Positions 42,816 through 55,730 of a DNA stretch of 64,000 nucleotides are shown one piece after another. Source of the stretch: the human T2T-CHM13v2.0 reference genome, Homo sapiens. Each line of letters opens with the position of its first letter. Position 1 is the first letter of the stretch. A program made the translations under genes and the position numbers. The stretch is taken from NCBI RefSeq assembly GCF_009914755.1, contig NC_060926.1; one strand, given 5' to 3'. Below the pieces are notes generated by a model. That model saw only the letters and a list, made by a program, of their open reading frames with translations, did no database searches and was not told the origin of the DNA.

Positions 42816-43406
42816 TGAACTCCTATCTTATAGCATAGTTCACATATACAGCTATGTGTGAGTCTGCATCTTTATCTGCATCTATATCTGATGCGTCTTT
42901 CTTAGCTCCGTTATTCAATCCATGATCCTTAAGTGCATGGTCTGGCTAATATTTATCCTTATATTCATATAGCTCCTAGCACACCGTGTGACTCATAAAA
43001 ACACTCAAATATCTGTAGCATGGATTAATAAATATGCTTAAGGGTTGTCATCAATTGTTAGAGGTGAAATTAATTTGTTACTTGCAGTTGTATGTAAGAA
43101 TAAGAGAAACAACTTGTCATTTTGATATCATGTAGATGAAAAAATTAAAAAAGTAAAGAAAGTATTTATACCATGTAATCACACAAGATATTTATAGCTA
43201 GTAGGTACTCAAATAATTGTGGACCAATGAATTTTGGCTTGAGTTAGCTGACTTAACACCACTCTTCTCTTCTTATATAAACTGAGACTAAAATTTTCAT
43301 TCGTAATTTTTATAAATTGTAATCATTTTGTCCTATTGAAAACATATTTGAGTCTATGCTTGTCAAAATGAATGTTTGAAAAATGTTTTTAAAAATGAGG
43401 CAATGA

Positions 43407-43715
<309 letters not shown>

Positions 43716-43868
43716 CGGCAATGATATCTTTCACATAAATACATGTCAAAAAACTGATTTGGCCAATTTTGTGATCTATTTCATAGCTTCAAAACTATTT
43801 TCATGTACATTTGTTGATTAATTTTTTCAATTAACCCCATGAGATGAGTGAAATTAATTTATTTTACA

Positions 43869-44090
43869 AGCCGAGTACAGTGGTTCACACCTGTAATCCC
43901 AGCACTTTAGGAGGCTGAGGTGGGTTGATCACCTGAGGTCAGGAGTTTGAGACTAGCCTGGCCAATATGGTGAAACCCTGTCTCTACTAAAAATACAAAA
44001 AATTAGCCAGGCGTGGTGGTAGGCACCTGTAATCCCAGCTACTCAAGAGACTGAAGCAGGAGAATTACTGGAACTTGGGAGGCGGAGGTG
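43869..44090 (+). mobile_element. 3'-truncated AluS (Sx-like)
   Basis: Alu consensus stops at gggaggcggaggtg, with no poly-A tail. Confidence 0.9.
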
Positions 44091-44411
44091 AGTATAATCT
44101 TTTAGAAAGTGGATGTATCTAGCACAGAGTTATATTTCATGAGTGAATAGCAGTAGACTAAATTATGTTATGATTATGTAGACTCTGACTCTCAAAATAA
44201 AATGTAGAATTACCTAAAGGCTTTTCTTCATACAAATCTTGTATTCTGTATGACATTCTTTTGAATGATTCTGATACAGGTCCCTATTGGACCCGATAAT
44301 CTTTATAGATCTTTTTACTTCTAATATTGAGAATATGCTATTGAAATGATGGTTAGAGTTGTTATAGGTATATGACTGATAAATTCATAAATTTTCTAAG
44401 ATAAATTTGAA

Positions 44412-44453
44412 CGATAACACTGCAGCGGTAACACTCTAACGGTAACACTGAAG
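44412..44453. repeat. 3 x 14-bp tandem repeat (CG(A/G)TAACACT core)
   Basis: cgataacactgcag / cggtaacactctaa / cggtaacactgaag. Confidence 0.8.
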
Positions 44454-45499
44454 TAATTAATGATTCCTGATTTGCTGTCAATTATGTGATAATTTGTTAA
44501 TCTTCATATCTAAATGATTCCCTTACTCTTTTGTGTATGTTTAATTTTAAAATAGCAGTGAAAACACTCTGGGCTATGCATTTCGGCATGTTTATTACAC
44601 CTCACAGGTGGTTAAATCTACTTTAACTGCCTTTATCTCTGGATTCCATAGCTTACCCACAGTTTTGACCATGTTAACTTTTAAATTCAGGGGTTTTATT
44701 GAATTTTAATTAAGGGCAATGTTAAGATATTGCTGCTCTAAATTTAGCAAACTAGAATGACATTCATGTTTTAACAAAATAATTAAAAACATCTCTGGAG
44801 GGTAGCACAGAATGCAGGTCACAAACTGAACATTTATTTACAAATATTGATTAAATTTCTAGTATGTTTCAGGAGCTGAACTCTGAGTGGAAAGCCAAGA
44901 AGCAGTTTTCAGTTATGTGTATGATTTTATTTTCTCTTAAAACCAGGAAAAATAGTCATTCAGTGTCTTGGATTTCATATTTACAAAAGGGAAATAACTA
45001 AGTAGGTGAGTTTTAAGCACATGGTGTATTTTATAGGTGTTGTAACACTTTTCTATTAATAGGCATATATAACTACTTTTTCCCTTGCTTAGAAGTACAT
45101 TTCATTCATTAAGTTTGTGAAAACTCTTTAGTTTTATAGGTATTAGCATTTTTAAGAATGAAGCTCTCTTTCCAATATAACAAAATTTTCTAGGTCATAA
45201 CGTGTTGATAGTTGTACTTCTGTTATCTGTTGATTGAAATAATCCATAGTAGTAAAAGACGATTATCATTTACTAGTAGTGAATTTATATTTTATCAAAC
45301 CTAACACATTCTGCATATATTTGAAAAATAGCTAATATGTATGAGTGCTATACCATTTATTTTATCCATAGTGTTTTGTTCCCAGCAGCCCACTGAAATA
45401 ATGGGCTTTTCAATGGAGGTGAATATGCTGATTGTCACTACTGTAGGAAATATAGTTCATTGTCTCACTTTTTGGGAGGATTAAAGCTCTTTTGGTTGA

Positions 45500-45760
45500 A
45501 AACAGTTTGGCCTGAAGGTCACATTGGAATCACACAAACCTGGGTTCTGGTTTTGGTCAAGCAGTTACTGGCTGCATAATAAATGACAAGTAATTTAACT
45601 TCCCTAAGTCTCAATTTTCTCATCTGTAAATTGGGAATATTGACAACACCTACTTCAGAGGGTTGATGCGAAGGTCAAGTTATGTTATAAATGTGTAAAA
45701 TAATGTGTATGCTTCCCGGCGCAGACTATGCATTTAGGGATGTTATTGTTGTTATTATTA
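45500..45760 (+). mobile_element. MIR
   Basis: aagtaatttaacttccctaagtctcaattttctcatctgtaaattggg core. Confidence 0.8.
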
Positions 45761-46644
45761 TTATTGCTGTTCTTGTGTTATTCAAGACATAAACTCCACT
45801 ATACAATAGTGTTGTCCTACTATGATAAGGGTTGGTATATATACTAGTTATTCAATGAGATTGTATGCCTATAATATGCTGAAAACATGAAAAGGTGTAT
45901 AATTCAGTTAGTTAAAGTGTTTACTGAGCTCCCTTTGTGCTTTTTTTATTATGCAGTTTTCAAGATTGTTTTGGCTCTAGCAAAACAAGTTGGAACATTC
46001 ACATCATCCAGTAAGTTAGAATTCATTCAACATTTTTAAGCATATGCCATATGATAATTTTAGGAAAGAACAATAGTGCATCTAAAATTAACCTAGCAGT
46101 GAAAGACTGAAGTCTTTTCTGAGAACATTAGAGAGTGCATATTTAAGAGATATTAACCAACCTATAGATTATTTTCCCTCACTGAATTGATACATTTCTC
46201 AAAGGCTACTGCTTATAGAGTTATAAGGTTTATACTTTTAAATTATATTAAGTTGGTCTAAAGTAGTATTTGTGCCTTTTTATATATATGCCTAGCTTGC
46301 CATGGAGCTGGATGAGCCAAATAGGACTCAGATGGAAACAATTAATTCTACAAATAACTGTGGAAGTGGCCTAATTAACTCTGGACCAATGTCCTTCATT
46401 TTACAATTGATGAAACTCAGCATATACAGTGTCCGTAGGATAACTTTAATGGTGGTTTTGAAGGAGAGCTGATATTTCTGGGTCTATAGCGTGTTTTGGC
46501 CATGCTTTCAAGTGTAGGAAATAAGGGGGCTTGTATCCTGTCTGCTGTGGCTGTGCTGACATAAACCCATCAGGAGAACACAGGAAAGCACCAAGTCCAG
46601 CATTAGGAAACATGTTGATTTGATAAATTAATAATGGTGACCAC

Positions 46645-47318
46645 AAAAATTGGAATTCTCATACACTGCTGGTGGGCATGCGAAATGAGACAGCCACTTT
46701 GGAAACTGGCTGGTAGTTTCTCAAAAGGTTTAACATAGAGCTACCATAGGACCCGGCAATTATCTATGTAACACTCTTAGGTGTATACACAAAAGAAATG
46801 GAAACATATGTCTGCAGAAAAACTAGTGCACAAATGTTCATGGCAGCATTATTCATCATAGCCAAAAATGGAAACAACACAAATGTTCATCAAACGATGA
46901 ATGAATGAATTAAATGTGATATATTCATACAGTGGAATATTATATAGTCATAAAAACAAATGAAGTGATGATACATACTACCATGTAGATAAACCTTAAA
47001 ATATTATTCCAAGTGAAAGAAGCCAGTCACAAGAGACCATATACTGTATGGTTCCATTTATGTGAAATATCCAGAATAAGTAAACTCATAAAGACAGAAA
47101 ACAAATTAGACATTACCTAGGGCTGGGATAGGATGAGGTGGGAGGAAATGGAGAATGACTTCTGGTGGATACAGAGTTTCTTTTTGGGATGATGGAAAAG
47201 TTCTAAAACTGATGTAGTGCTGGTTTCACAACTCCGTGAATATACTAAAAAACATTGAATTATGTGCTTTAAATGGCTAAATTGTATTATAAGTAAATTG
47301 GATTTCAATAAGGCTGTT
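46645..47318 (+). mobile_element. L1MB 3' end
   Basis: ctcatacactgctggtggg..aagtgaaagaagccagtcaca..ggatttcaataaggctgtt. Confidence 0.88.
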
Positions 47319-48426
47319 ATATGAGAAGACAGTGAGTATCCCATCTTGTTTGCCCACAAATCTTATGATCAGTTTCATAAACCAGACTATCCTGAGTATT
47401 TTTCAGGTTTCAAGTTCAGAATAGTCGAAACAGGCCTTTTCAAGAACAGTATTCATTGAAATGCATCAAAGCGTAAGTGCAGTCCCTTAAGAAACACTTT
47501 AACTCATGAGCTTAAATAATAACCGAATTTAATTCATTCCAGGTACAGTCTCATTAAAGAAACTGCTGGCCAAAATGTTGAAATAAACATTTAGCTACTA
47601 AGCGAACAAATTAAACTCCTTTATGATTTAATTGCACCAGTGAGTATTTCTTTTTGGAATGTGTTTCTGCTTTGATACATTGCAATACACATCATGAATT
47701 ATGTTGAATGATGGCATTTCAGAATGTGTGTGAGTATGTATATGCATATGTATTTTCAAAATGCATCTAAAATGTTATTTAAAATATGTATGCATGTGTA
47801 CATATGAACATTCCAATTTCTATGTTTATGTGTATGTATACAATACAGAAAGACATATTCCCGTAAGTCCCAAGCAATGTAGTCATATTGTGGGGTATAT
47901 ATTTGCCAACTAGTTGCAAGCATTAACAGAAATATTCTCTCTGCCTCCTCTTCTCTCTACTCTATATACATATGTGAATGTACAATATGTGAATGTACAA
48001 ATATTTGATAATGTTTATTTATCATGTGATAGACCCACAGTATTTATAGGTGGATATTTTGATCATCATGCATATTTTGAACCACTGGAGCTATTTCGAG
48101 GAATTTTTAGAGCTTTGAAAATATACAGCATTTCACTGCTAGATGCATGCAGATTCATGGCAGTGATTATAGAAAGGAATGACTATAAAAAAAAAAACAA
48201 AACAAAACAGAATTCAGCCCAAATCTTTTCATACTCCTTCAAATCTCAGTGCTATGCTTTTCAGCTAGTAGCTTCTTTCTCACTGAATTCTTTCATAGTG
48301 TTAATTTGAAAAGTCAAACATTTCTCCTCTCCTGTTGATAATCTAATGAGAAATGAGAATTTTCCTTCCAAAAGAGTATTTACTTGAAAAGTATCTGAAG
48401 TATTAAAAATTTATTTTCTTTGTGGA

Positions 48427-48428
<2 letters not shown>

Positions 48429-48464
<36 letters not shown>
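48429..48464. repeat. (CA)18 microsatellite
   Basis: Read directly from the sequence. Confidence 0.95.
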
Positions 48465-48467
<3 letters not shown>

Positions 48468-49209
48468 TAGTACCTCTATATTTTTTTTTCTTAGCTGATT
48501 TTAGCCCTAACCAACCTGGCGGTATATTTATTAACTATATTAAAAATGGTCTGAAGACTCATATCGCCACCTCTTTTTCCTATAGTTGAAAATCACCATT
48601 TTGATTATTTTCCTCTCTTACCTCTCCTGAAACAGCACTTACCTCTGCTACTCACAAACCACTCAGAGATAATTATTGTAATTATTCACTTTCCCACAAA
48701 CGTGTGCATGCATCACTTTCCTATACCTTTGAGTAGGACATGACTATAATTGTGAAATGGTAAAAGATGCTGCTGAAATATGCAGTGAGGTAGGATTTTT
48801 TAAATAGCGTTTAAGCAGAAATGTGGTGGCAGTCCTCTTTCTGGCTCATAGGAGTTCTGTTTTCAGCTCAGTTTGTGCCACACAGAGCACAAAGAGACAA
48901 AATGCAGATTAGAAAAAAAGAGAGTCTACCTTGTCAAAGGGAGGCACAGAAAGTCAGCCTGAGCAAGTAGGTACATTACACAGACTCCAAGCTGAGGAGC
49001 CACAGGTGGTTCAAAGAGAAGGACGCTGTCCTGGGAGCCAATTAATTTACAGAATGTATTGGAGGAAAGTTGAGCTCATTAAATACACCATGGTGGACTT
49101 GGTATTTAATAAAATGTGACCACTAGAAAGTATACAAATTTCCTATAAATAACAACAAATGATACACAAGAACAATGCATACTAGTGAGGGTCAAGAATA
49201 GTAGCCAGT

Positions 49210-49515
49210 GGCAGGGCGCAGTGGCTCATGCCTGTAATCACAGCACTTTGGGAGGCTGAGGTGCTGAGGTGGGCGGATCACTTGAGGCCAGGAGTTCGAG
49301 ACCAGCCTGACCAACATGGTGAAACCCTGTCTCTACTAAAAATACAAAAATTAGCCGGGTATGGCAGCACAGGCCTGTAGTCCCAGCTACTTGGGAGGCT
49401 GAGGAAGTAGAATTGCTTGAACCCAGGAGTCGGAGGTTGCCATGAGCTGAGATTGCACCATGCCACTGCACTGCAGCCTGGGTGACATAGGGAGACTCTG
49501 TCTTAAAAAAAAAAA
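49210..49515 (+). mobile_element. AluS with an internal 8-nt duplication (gctgaggt)
   Basis: Full Alu with poly-A tail. Confidence 0.93.
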
Positions 49516-50559
49516 TGTAGCAGGCTCATAGAGGAGGATCCACAATGGTTGAATCTGGAGAAGCAGAGATGTCCAGCTTGGAAGAGCAATGAGTCTCACA
49601 GCTTTCATGCCCAACACTCAGACTATCACTTAGAGATTGCTGAATAGAACTATGATTGGGAGAATTGTATATATTTTTCTGGTTACATAGAGTTGCTTCA
49701 GTCTTTTTCATCTGCTATGTTATGGTCTTCATAAAGTGCTGCAACTCCTCATGGAATGATATCGGGCCTTAAATTGGTCGTATATAATTATCTCTTGTTA
49801 AGTTTTTGGTTCCTGGGGTGAACAAAATCAGAAAACATGATACTGCCAAATATTGTTTGTGCTACACCATTTGTAGTACAATAGGATGTCTTTTTGCACT
49901 TCTCCTACCTGAAAAACTTGTATTCATTTCCTTAAGCTCAAGTGAAATGCCACTTCCTTTATGAAGTCTTCTTTGATGCTTTAGCTGAATTAACTTTGTC
50001 TTCCACCATGAACCTGTAACTCTGTAATTCTCTGAAAGCAGTTAACACTGTTTCATAGATATTTAGTAGGACCTGAGATTCATTAAAGGGGCCTCATAGT
50101 ATTTAGTTTGATATCTGTAGTCATTAGTGAACTTCCTGAACATGGTACATAAACATGGAACCAATAAGTAGAATCTGCTGATTGTTCTGTTTGAGCTTAG
50201 GATACAGTGTTCCTTGAGAAATTGCCTAGATTTGCCCAATTCATTTAGTCCCAACTAGTGCTCATTTTGCCATCACTTCTGATCTTTACTTAGAACAGAA
50301 TATGAGGACATAGCACCTGAAAGTCTAAGGATTCATCCAATAACAAATATTGATATCTTAGAGAAAACTAATAATGTCAGAACTCCCTTTCACTTTTGAC
50401 ATAGGTCAGAGAGAATTACTTACACATCCCTTGTTGTGACCCTTGCTGCTTCCTAGTCTTCTCCATTCACAGGGGAGTTCTCTCATATCTTAAAATCAGC
50501 GGTTGTGAGGCATATTTAGCTCATACTTACCTTTTTGTGGTACATTCTTCATGACATTG

Positions 50560-51020
50560 CCTATGAGATACCCGTCAACTGACAAGTTTTCCAGAAATTT
50601 CCCTCCACTCACTCCCTCTCTTCCACATGGCTGCAGCTCAATAGTGGACTAGTCCAGGGATAAGAACTTGTAGTAAGAAATCCCCATCTGGAGATTTGGA
50701 TTTGGAGCCTCGGGTGGCTGGACCACTATGGCATACGATTCCTCCATTGTCATAAAGGTAGACCATATGGTCTAGGAAGCAGAGGACAGCTCAGAAACAG
50801 AGAAGAACTGAACATATGTGCAAAGAAGAGAGGAGAGATGGGACAGAGAAGACAGACCTCATCTTTATAAGTTCTTGATTGCATCTTTTCCCTGAGACCT
50901 GGCCACATCCCTAGCCCTAGACTTCATGAGACAGCCCAGTATCTTTAAAATAAATTTTCTTTCTGCACAATGTCACTAAGTTTATATTTCTAGTAGTTGA
51001 TTATAATGATTTAACTAATT
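50560..51020 (+). mobile_element. Old MLT1-like LTR
   Basis: aataaattttctttc..atttctagtag..taactaat LTR-end pattern. Confidence 0.45.
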
Positions 51021-51395
51021 TGCCTTTGTGTAACTTAATGAAGTGGTTAGGAAATGATCATACCTTTCCTTTTCAATCTATCCAGTATGCATATCCCATA
51101 CTTCTGTGACTGTTTTCTTAGTATAGTCACTCAAAAGCTCTGAGAAATCTGGTTACCACTGCTCAGTGTGCCTGGTCTCTTGATGTCTTATAGGAGACTT
51201 AGACTTTGTGACCAATGTCCAGAAGCAGATGAGCATCTAACTGGCATGTACCATGAGCTGACAGCATTATTTCAGTGTTAAAGGGAGTGAGCAATAGATG
51301 TATCGTGTATATAAATGTCATCCTCTTTATTCTAAGAGAGATAGCAGTTGGGGTAATTAGTGATATCTTCACTACTGGCACATACCATGGAAGTT

Positions 51396-52523
51396 TTACC
51401 TTAGGGAGTTGGAGACGTTATTTAGGCCCAGAAGAGCTATGGAAGTACCTGAAGACAGAAGTGAGGAAAGAAAGCCAGTGAAGTAATATGGGCTCTGGTA
51501 AGGAAGGTGACATATGATACAGGTGTAGCAAAAGGTCAAAATCACAGGAGTGAGTGGTTGAGCAGAAGCTGATAAGTGTGTGCTTGAGAGGAGAAGACCT
51601 TGGACTAAGGCAAAGACATTTATCAAGTGTTTTCCTAGCACTGTGATATGTACAGGATAAGAAGTGTGTTTTTATTTCCTGTTATAAGTAAACAACTGTG
51701 AACATTTGTCATTTTAACTATTTATTTGTTCAGGGTGTTTTATGAGTACCTGCTGTATACTGGGCCCTGTCTTAACACTATTGTAGAAACACACACAATC
51801 CTAACTCCTGTGAGGCTCAGTCTAGTAGGTGATAAATAACGAGTAGAAGTACTGGAGGAAACAAATATTTGATCACACATTATGATGACTGCTGTGAGCA
51901 CGTGTCTTGAGTCCCCCACATCATAATGCCATCCACTGTTTCCTTTTGGAGTCAAGTATTTTCAGTTCAGAGATGAGATTAAATACTTTGTAAAGAACAC
52001 CCGGTATCAGTTCACAAAGTTCAAAAGATAACTTCTAAAATAATGTGCATCACTTTTCCTAATAAGTAAACCCAGTAAGACTTCATATATTCACTTGCTT
52101 CTGAGTGATTCAGGTTGAAGGGGACAAGAGATACCCTCTGGGTGCAGGAGTGAGCTGGTCTGGCCAATATAAAGAGGATCAGGGACTTGACTCCTGCCTT
52201 CTAGAAGTTCAGGCATCTCAGCAATGTCAGAAAGAGGAGAGGGTATTGTGCCTGTCAGGACTGGCCATTTTAAGAAACCCGTATTAGAATGTGATGTCAT
52301 AAGTTATGTCAAGTCTTATGGCTTAATTTTCCCAGTGGGGATTAATGGGAATGGAGAGACGAATTATTCTGAAGTTAGGGGTTTCAGGTGGGAGGCAAGG
52401 ACAAAGTGTGTCACTTCCACCGTTGCCCCAGTCCCGACCCTCACCTTTGGCACCAGCACAGTCCTGCAATTACCATCCTAGATTCACCAGGATGGACTTC
52501 ACATCCTGCAAGATGCTTTCTCA
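51396..52523 (+). repeat. Left arm of 1,128-bp inverted duplication
   Basis: Reverse complement of 53448-54575, with 29 substitutions and 2 single-nt indels by manual alignment. Contains an L2 fragment at about 51715-51900. Confidence 0.98.
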
Positions 52524-52853
52524 GAAAATTTTTTCTGTAAAGGGCCAGATAATAAATGTTTTAGTTTTTTCAAGCTGTATAATCTTTGTGCCAATGACTC
52601 AACTTTGTTATTGGGATACAAAAAAAGTCAAAGATAATATGTAAATAAATGGGTGTGGCTGTCTCCAATAAAACTTTATTTATGGTTACTAAAATTTGAA
52701 TTTCAAATAATTTTTATGTTTCACAGAATGTTAGTCTTCTTTTGTTTTTTTGCAACCATTTTAAAACATAAAAAACTGTTCTTGGTTCACAAGCCATATA
52801 AAAATAGTCAGTGGGCCAGATTTGGCTAGTGGGCCATAGTCTGCTGATCTCTG
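52521..52853. mobile_element. MER58B-like hAT element in the spacer; left TIR clipped
   Basis: ttttctgtaaagggccagat..ccaataaaactttattt..gggccagatttggc..tgctgatctctg. Confidence 0.85.
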
Positions 52854-53447
52854 CCCTAAGCAGTCAATACACATGGTTGTCTGGTTGACTGGCTAGATAA
52901 TTGTGAGAAATTAGTTGCTATTTAGGCTGAACACATGATGAGGGTATGCATGTGATAAAATAAAAGCCTGTGTAATGACATTCAATTTCCAATATAGAAA
53001 TAATTATAAAGGACAGAAAAAGTACTTCTAAGGTAGTAATTAATAGGCAAAGCCAAAATGACGCAGAACTACATAATTAATATCAAACTAAAAGATTTCT
53101 GAATAAATTCATAGTGCATGTAGACTCACACAATATAAACCATAGCAGTCTGTCCTCACCAAATGGCAGGGACTTTGGTGGCCTGTTAGCTGCTTCTGTG
53201 ATATCTTGCTCTCCATCCTGATTGATCTGGCTTTGGGAAACAAGGAGCTTCTATTCCCATGTCTGGTTCTCACTCTCTGCTCCCCCACCCAGGCTCATAT
53301 CCAATTATTTAATTATTTGAGCACATTGGCTGCTATGCTTTCATGTGACTCTTTAGGCAGATGGGATGTCTTTTGCAAATAATTGTATTGTGCTCTGGCA
53401 TTTTTCATGTTACTATTTTAGGGTTGAAAGAAATTTTTAGCTTGTGA

Positions 53448-54575
53448 TGAGAAAGCATCTTGCAGGACGTGAAGTCCATCCTGGTGAATCTAGGATGGTA
53501 ATTGCAGGACTGTGCTGGTGCCAAAGGTGAGCATCGGGACTGGGGCAATGGTGGAAGTGACACACTTTGTCCTTGCCTCCCACCTGAAACCCCTAATTTC
53601 AGAACAAATCATCTCTCCATTCCCATTAATCTCCACTGAGAAAATTAAGCCATAAGACTTGACTTTACTTATGACATCACATTCTAATACGGGTTTCTTA
53701 AAATGGCCAGTCCTGACAGGCACAATACCCTCTCCTCTTTCTGACATTGCTGAGATGCCTGAACTTCTAGAAGGCAAGAGTCAAGTCCCTGATCCTCTTC
53801 ATATTGGCCAGACCAGCTCACTCCTGCACCCAGAGGGTATCTCTTGTCCCCTTCAACCTGAATCACTCAGAAGCAAGTGAATATATGAAGTCTTATTGGG
53901 TTTACTTATTAGGAAAAGTGATGCACATTATTTTAGAAGTTATCTTTTGAACTTTGTGAACTGATACCGGGTGTTCTTTACAAAGTATTTAATCTCATCT
54001 CTGAACTGAAAATACGTGACTCCAAAAGGAAACAGTGGATGGCATTATGATGTGGGGGACTCAAGACACGTGCTCACAGCAGTCATCATAATGTGTGATC
54101 AAATATTTGTTTCCTCCAGTTCTTCTACTTGTTATTTATCACCTACTAGACTGAGCCTCACAGGAGTTAGGATTGTGTGTGTTTCTACAATAGTGTAAGA
54201 CAGGGCCCAGTATACAGCAGGTACTCATAAAACACCCTGAACAAATAAATAGTCAAAATGACAAATGTTCATAGTTGTTTACTTATAACAGGAAATAAAA
54301 ACACACTTCTTATCCTGTACATAGCACAGTGCTAGGAAAACACTCGATAAATGTCTCTGCCTTAGTCCACGGTCTTCTCCTCTCAAGCACACACTTATCA
54401 GCTTCTGCTCAACTACTCACTCCTGTGATTTTGACCTTTTGCTACACCTGTATCATATGTCACCTTCCTTAACCGGAGCCCATATTACTTCACTGGCTTT
54501 CTTTCCTCACTTCTGTCTTCAGGTACTTCCATAGCTCTTCTGGGCCTAAATAATGTCTCCAGTTCCCTAAGGTAA
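53448..54575 (-). repeat. Right arm of 1,128-bp inverted duplication
   Basis: Reverse complement of 51396-52523. The mirrored ORFs in the ORF track confirm the symmetry. Confidence 0.98.
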
Positions 54576-54760
54576 TGCTCAGAACGATATGCTTATATCT
54601 GGGGATAGAGAGAAAAATGGCAGAAGCCTTGCCACTCAGCAACTCACAGATTAGTACTCTGAATGGCATGATCTCAAAGTGCTACGGGATCCAAAACCCA
54701 AATTGGAAGGATCATGGAAAACTCTCAGGATCAAAGGACATATCTGAAAGATGCACAATT
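54576..54760 (-). mobile_element. L2 fragment abutting the right arm
   Basis: ctggggatagagag..ccttgccactcagcaactcacagattagt..aagtgctacggga resembles reverse L2. Confidence 0.5.
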
Positions 54761-55179
54761 CATTGATACCCATTTGGAAGTGCATTTGTTTGTTTCCCAG
54801 AAAAAAAAATCTTTTAAACTTCCCCAACTGTATCTTTGGTCATATCTTGGTAGAGTTTTAATATAGTCTTGGATTATTAGTTGAAAGATTGAACATAAAG
54901 ATTTTTTTTGTTCTCACTGAGCTACTATTTAAACGTTTTATTATTGATGCTTGTGGAAAATGGCAGCAATGGAAAAGCTTGTTCTGATGCCATTCAATCA
55001 GTGTCGGGTGGTTCATTTTGAATCAAAATTGAATCAAACCAATAATGATACTAATGAGGGGGATATCAATAGTTCAGATCACATAATTCCTAGTGGTGTT
55101 AATACTTTATTTGGGTAGCCAACATGAAAAGGTTTTCAAAACATCTGCAGCTCCCTTTCTGTTTGAATCTTCTATATAG

Positions 55180-55420
55180 AGCAGTGGTTAGAAAAGTGAC
55201 CTTTAGAGTTACACAGACCTAGATTCTAGTTCTTACTTGTTCATCACTTGCTGTCTGACCATTGTACATTACTCCCTAACAAAAAATGTCTTCATCTCTG
55301 AAGAGGAAAGAATACATTTTCTTCTGTTTTGTAGGATTGTTGGGATACAAGCGTACAAGGTGGTTAGCTTAGTGCCTGGCATACAGTAACATTGAGTATG
55401 TATTAGCCATAGTTATTAAT
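55180..55420 (+). mobile_element. MIR
   Basis: gcagtggttagaaaagtgacc..ttagcttagtgcctggcatacagtaa. Confidence 0.75.
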
Positions 55421-55529
55421 AAAAATAGCCAACATTAAAAAAAGACAAAGATGTAAATGAAATATAAAGAATACTTATGTATCCTAATGTCCAGTCCCCC
55501 AACAGGAACTTTCTGCATAAAGTCCACTA

Positions 55530-55730
55530 ATCTGCAGTTTCCCTCAAATCTGGCTGCTTATAGAAACCAACTAGACATTTAAAAAAAAACACAGATTCTC
55601 TACCTTTATTCTGATCTTTTGAATACGAAACCTTGGCAGTGGCTCTGGGAATTTTCATTAAAAAAAACCCACCAACAACAAAGAAATACCTCCCCAGGTG
55701 TGGAAATCACTAAAGTCCTTAGAAATGAGA
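55530..55730. mobile_element. MER5-like element
   Basis: cagtttccctcaaatctggctgc..ctccccaggtg..gaaatcact. Confidence 0.55.

Noticed and set aside
44412-44453. CRISPR-like array
   Set aside because: Only three 14-bp tandem units with no real spacers, in mammalian DNA.
47970-48001. 15-bp tandem duplication (atatgtgaatgtaca)x2
   Set aside because: Ordinary slippage duplication.
51740-54198. Pairs of near-identical ORFs on opposite strands (MTPKGNSG.., MSERGEGI.., MIQVEGDK..)
   Set aside because: A simple consequence of the inverted duplication. The ORFs are short, overlap in several frames and show no recognisable domain.
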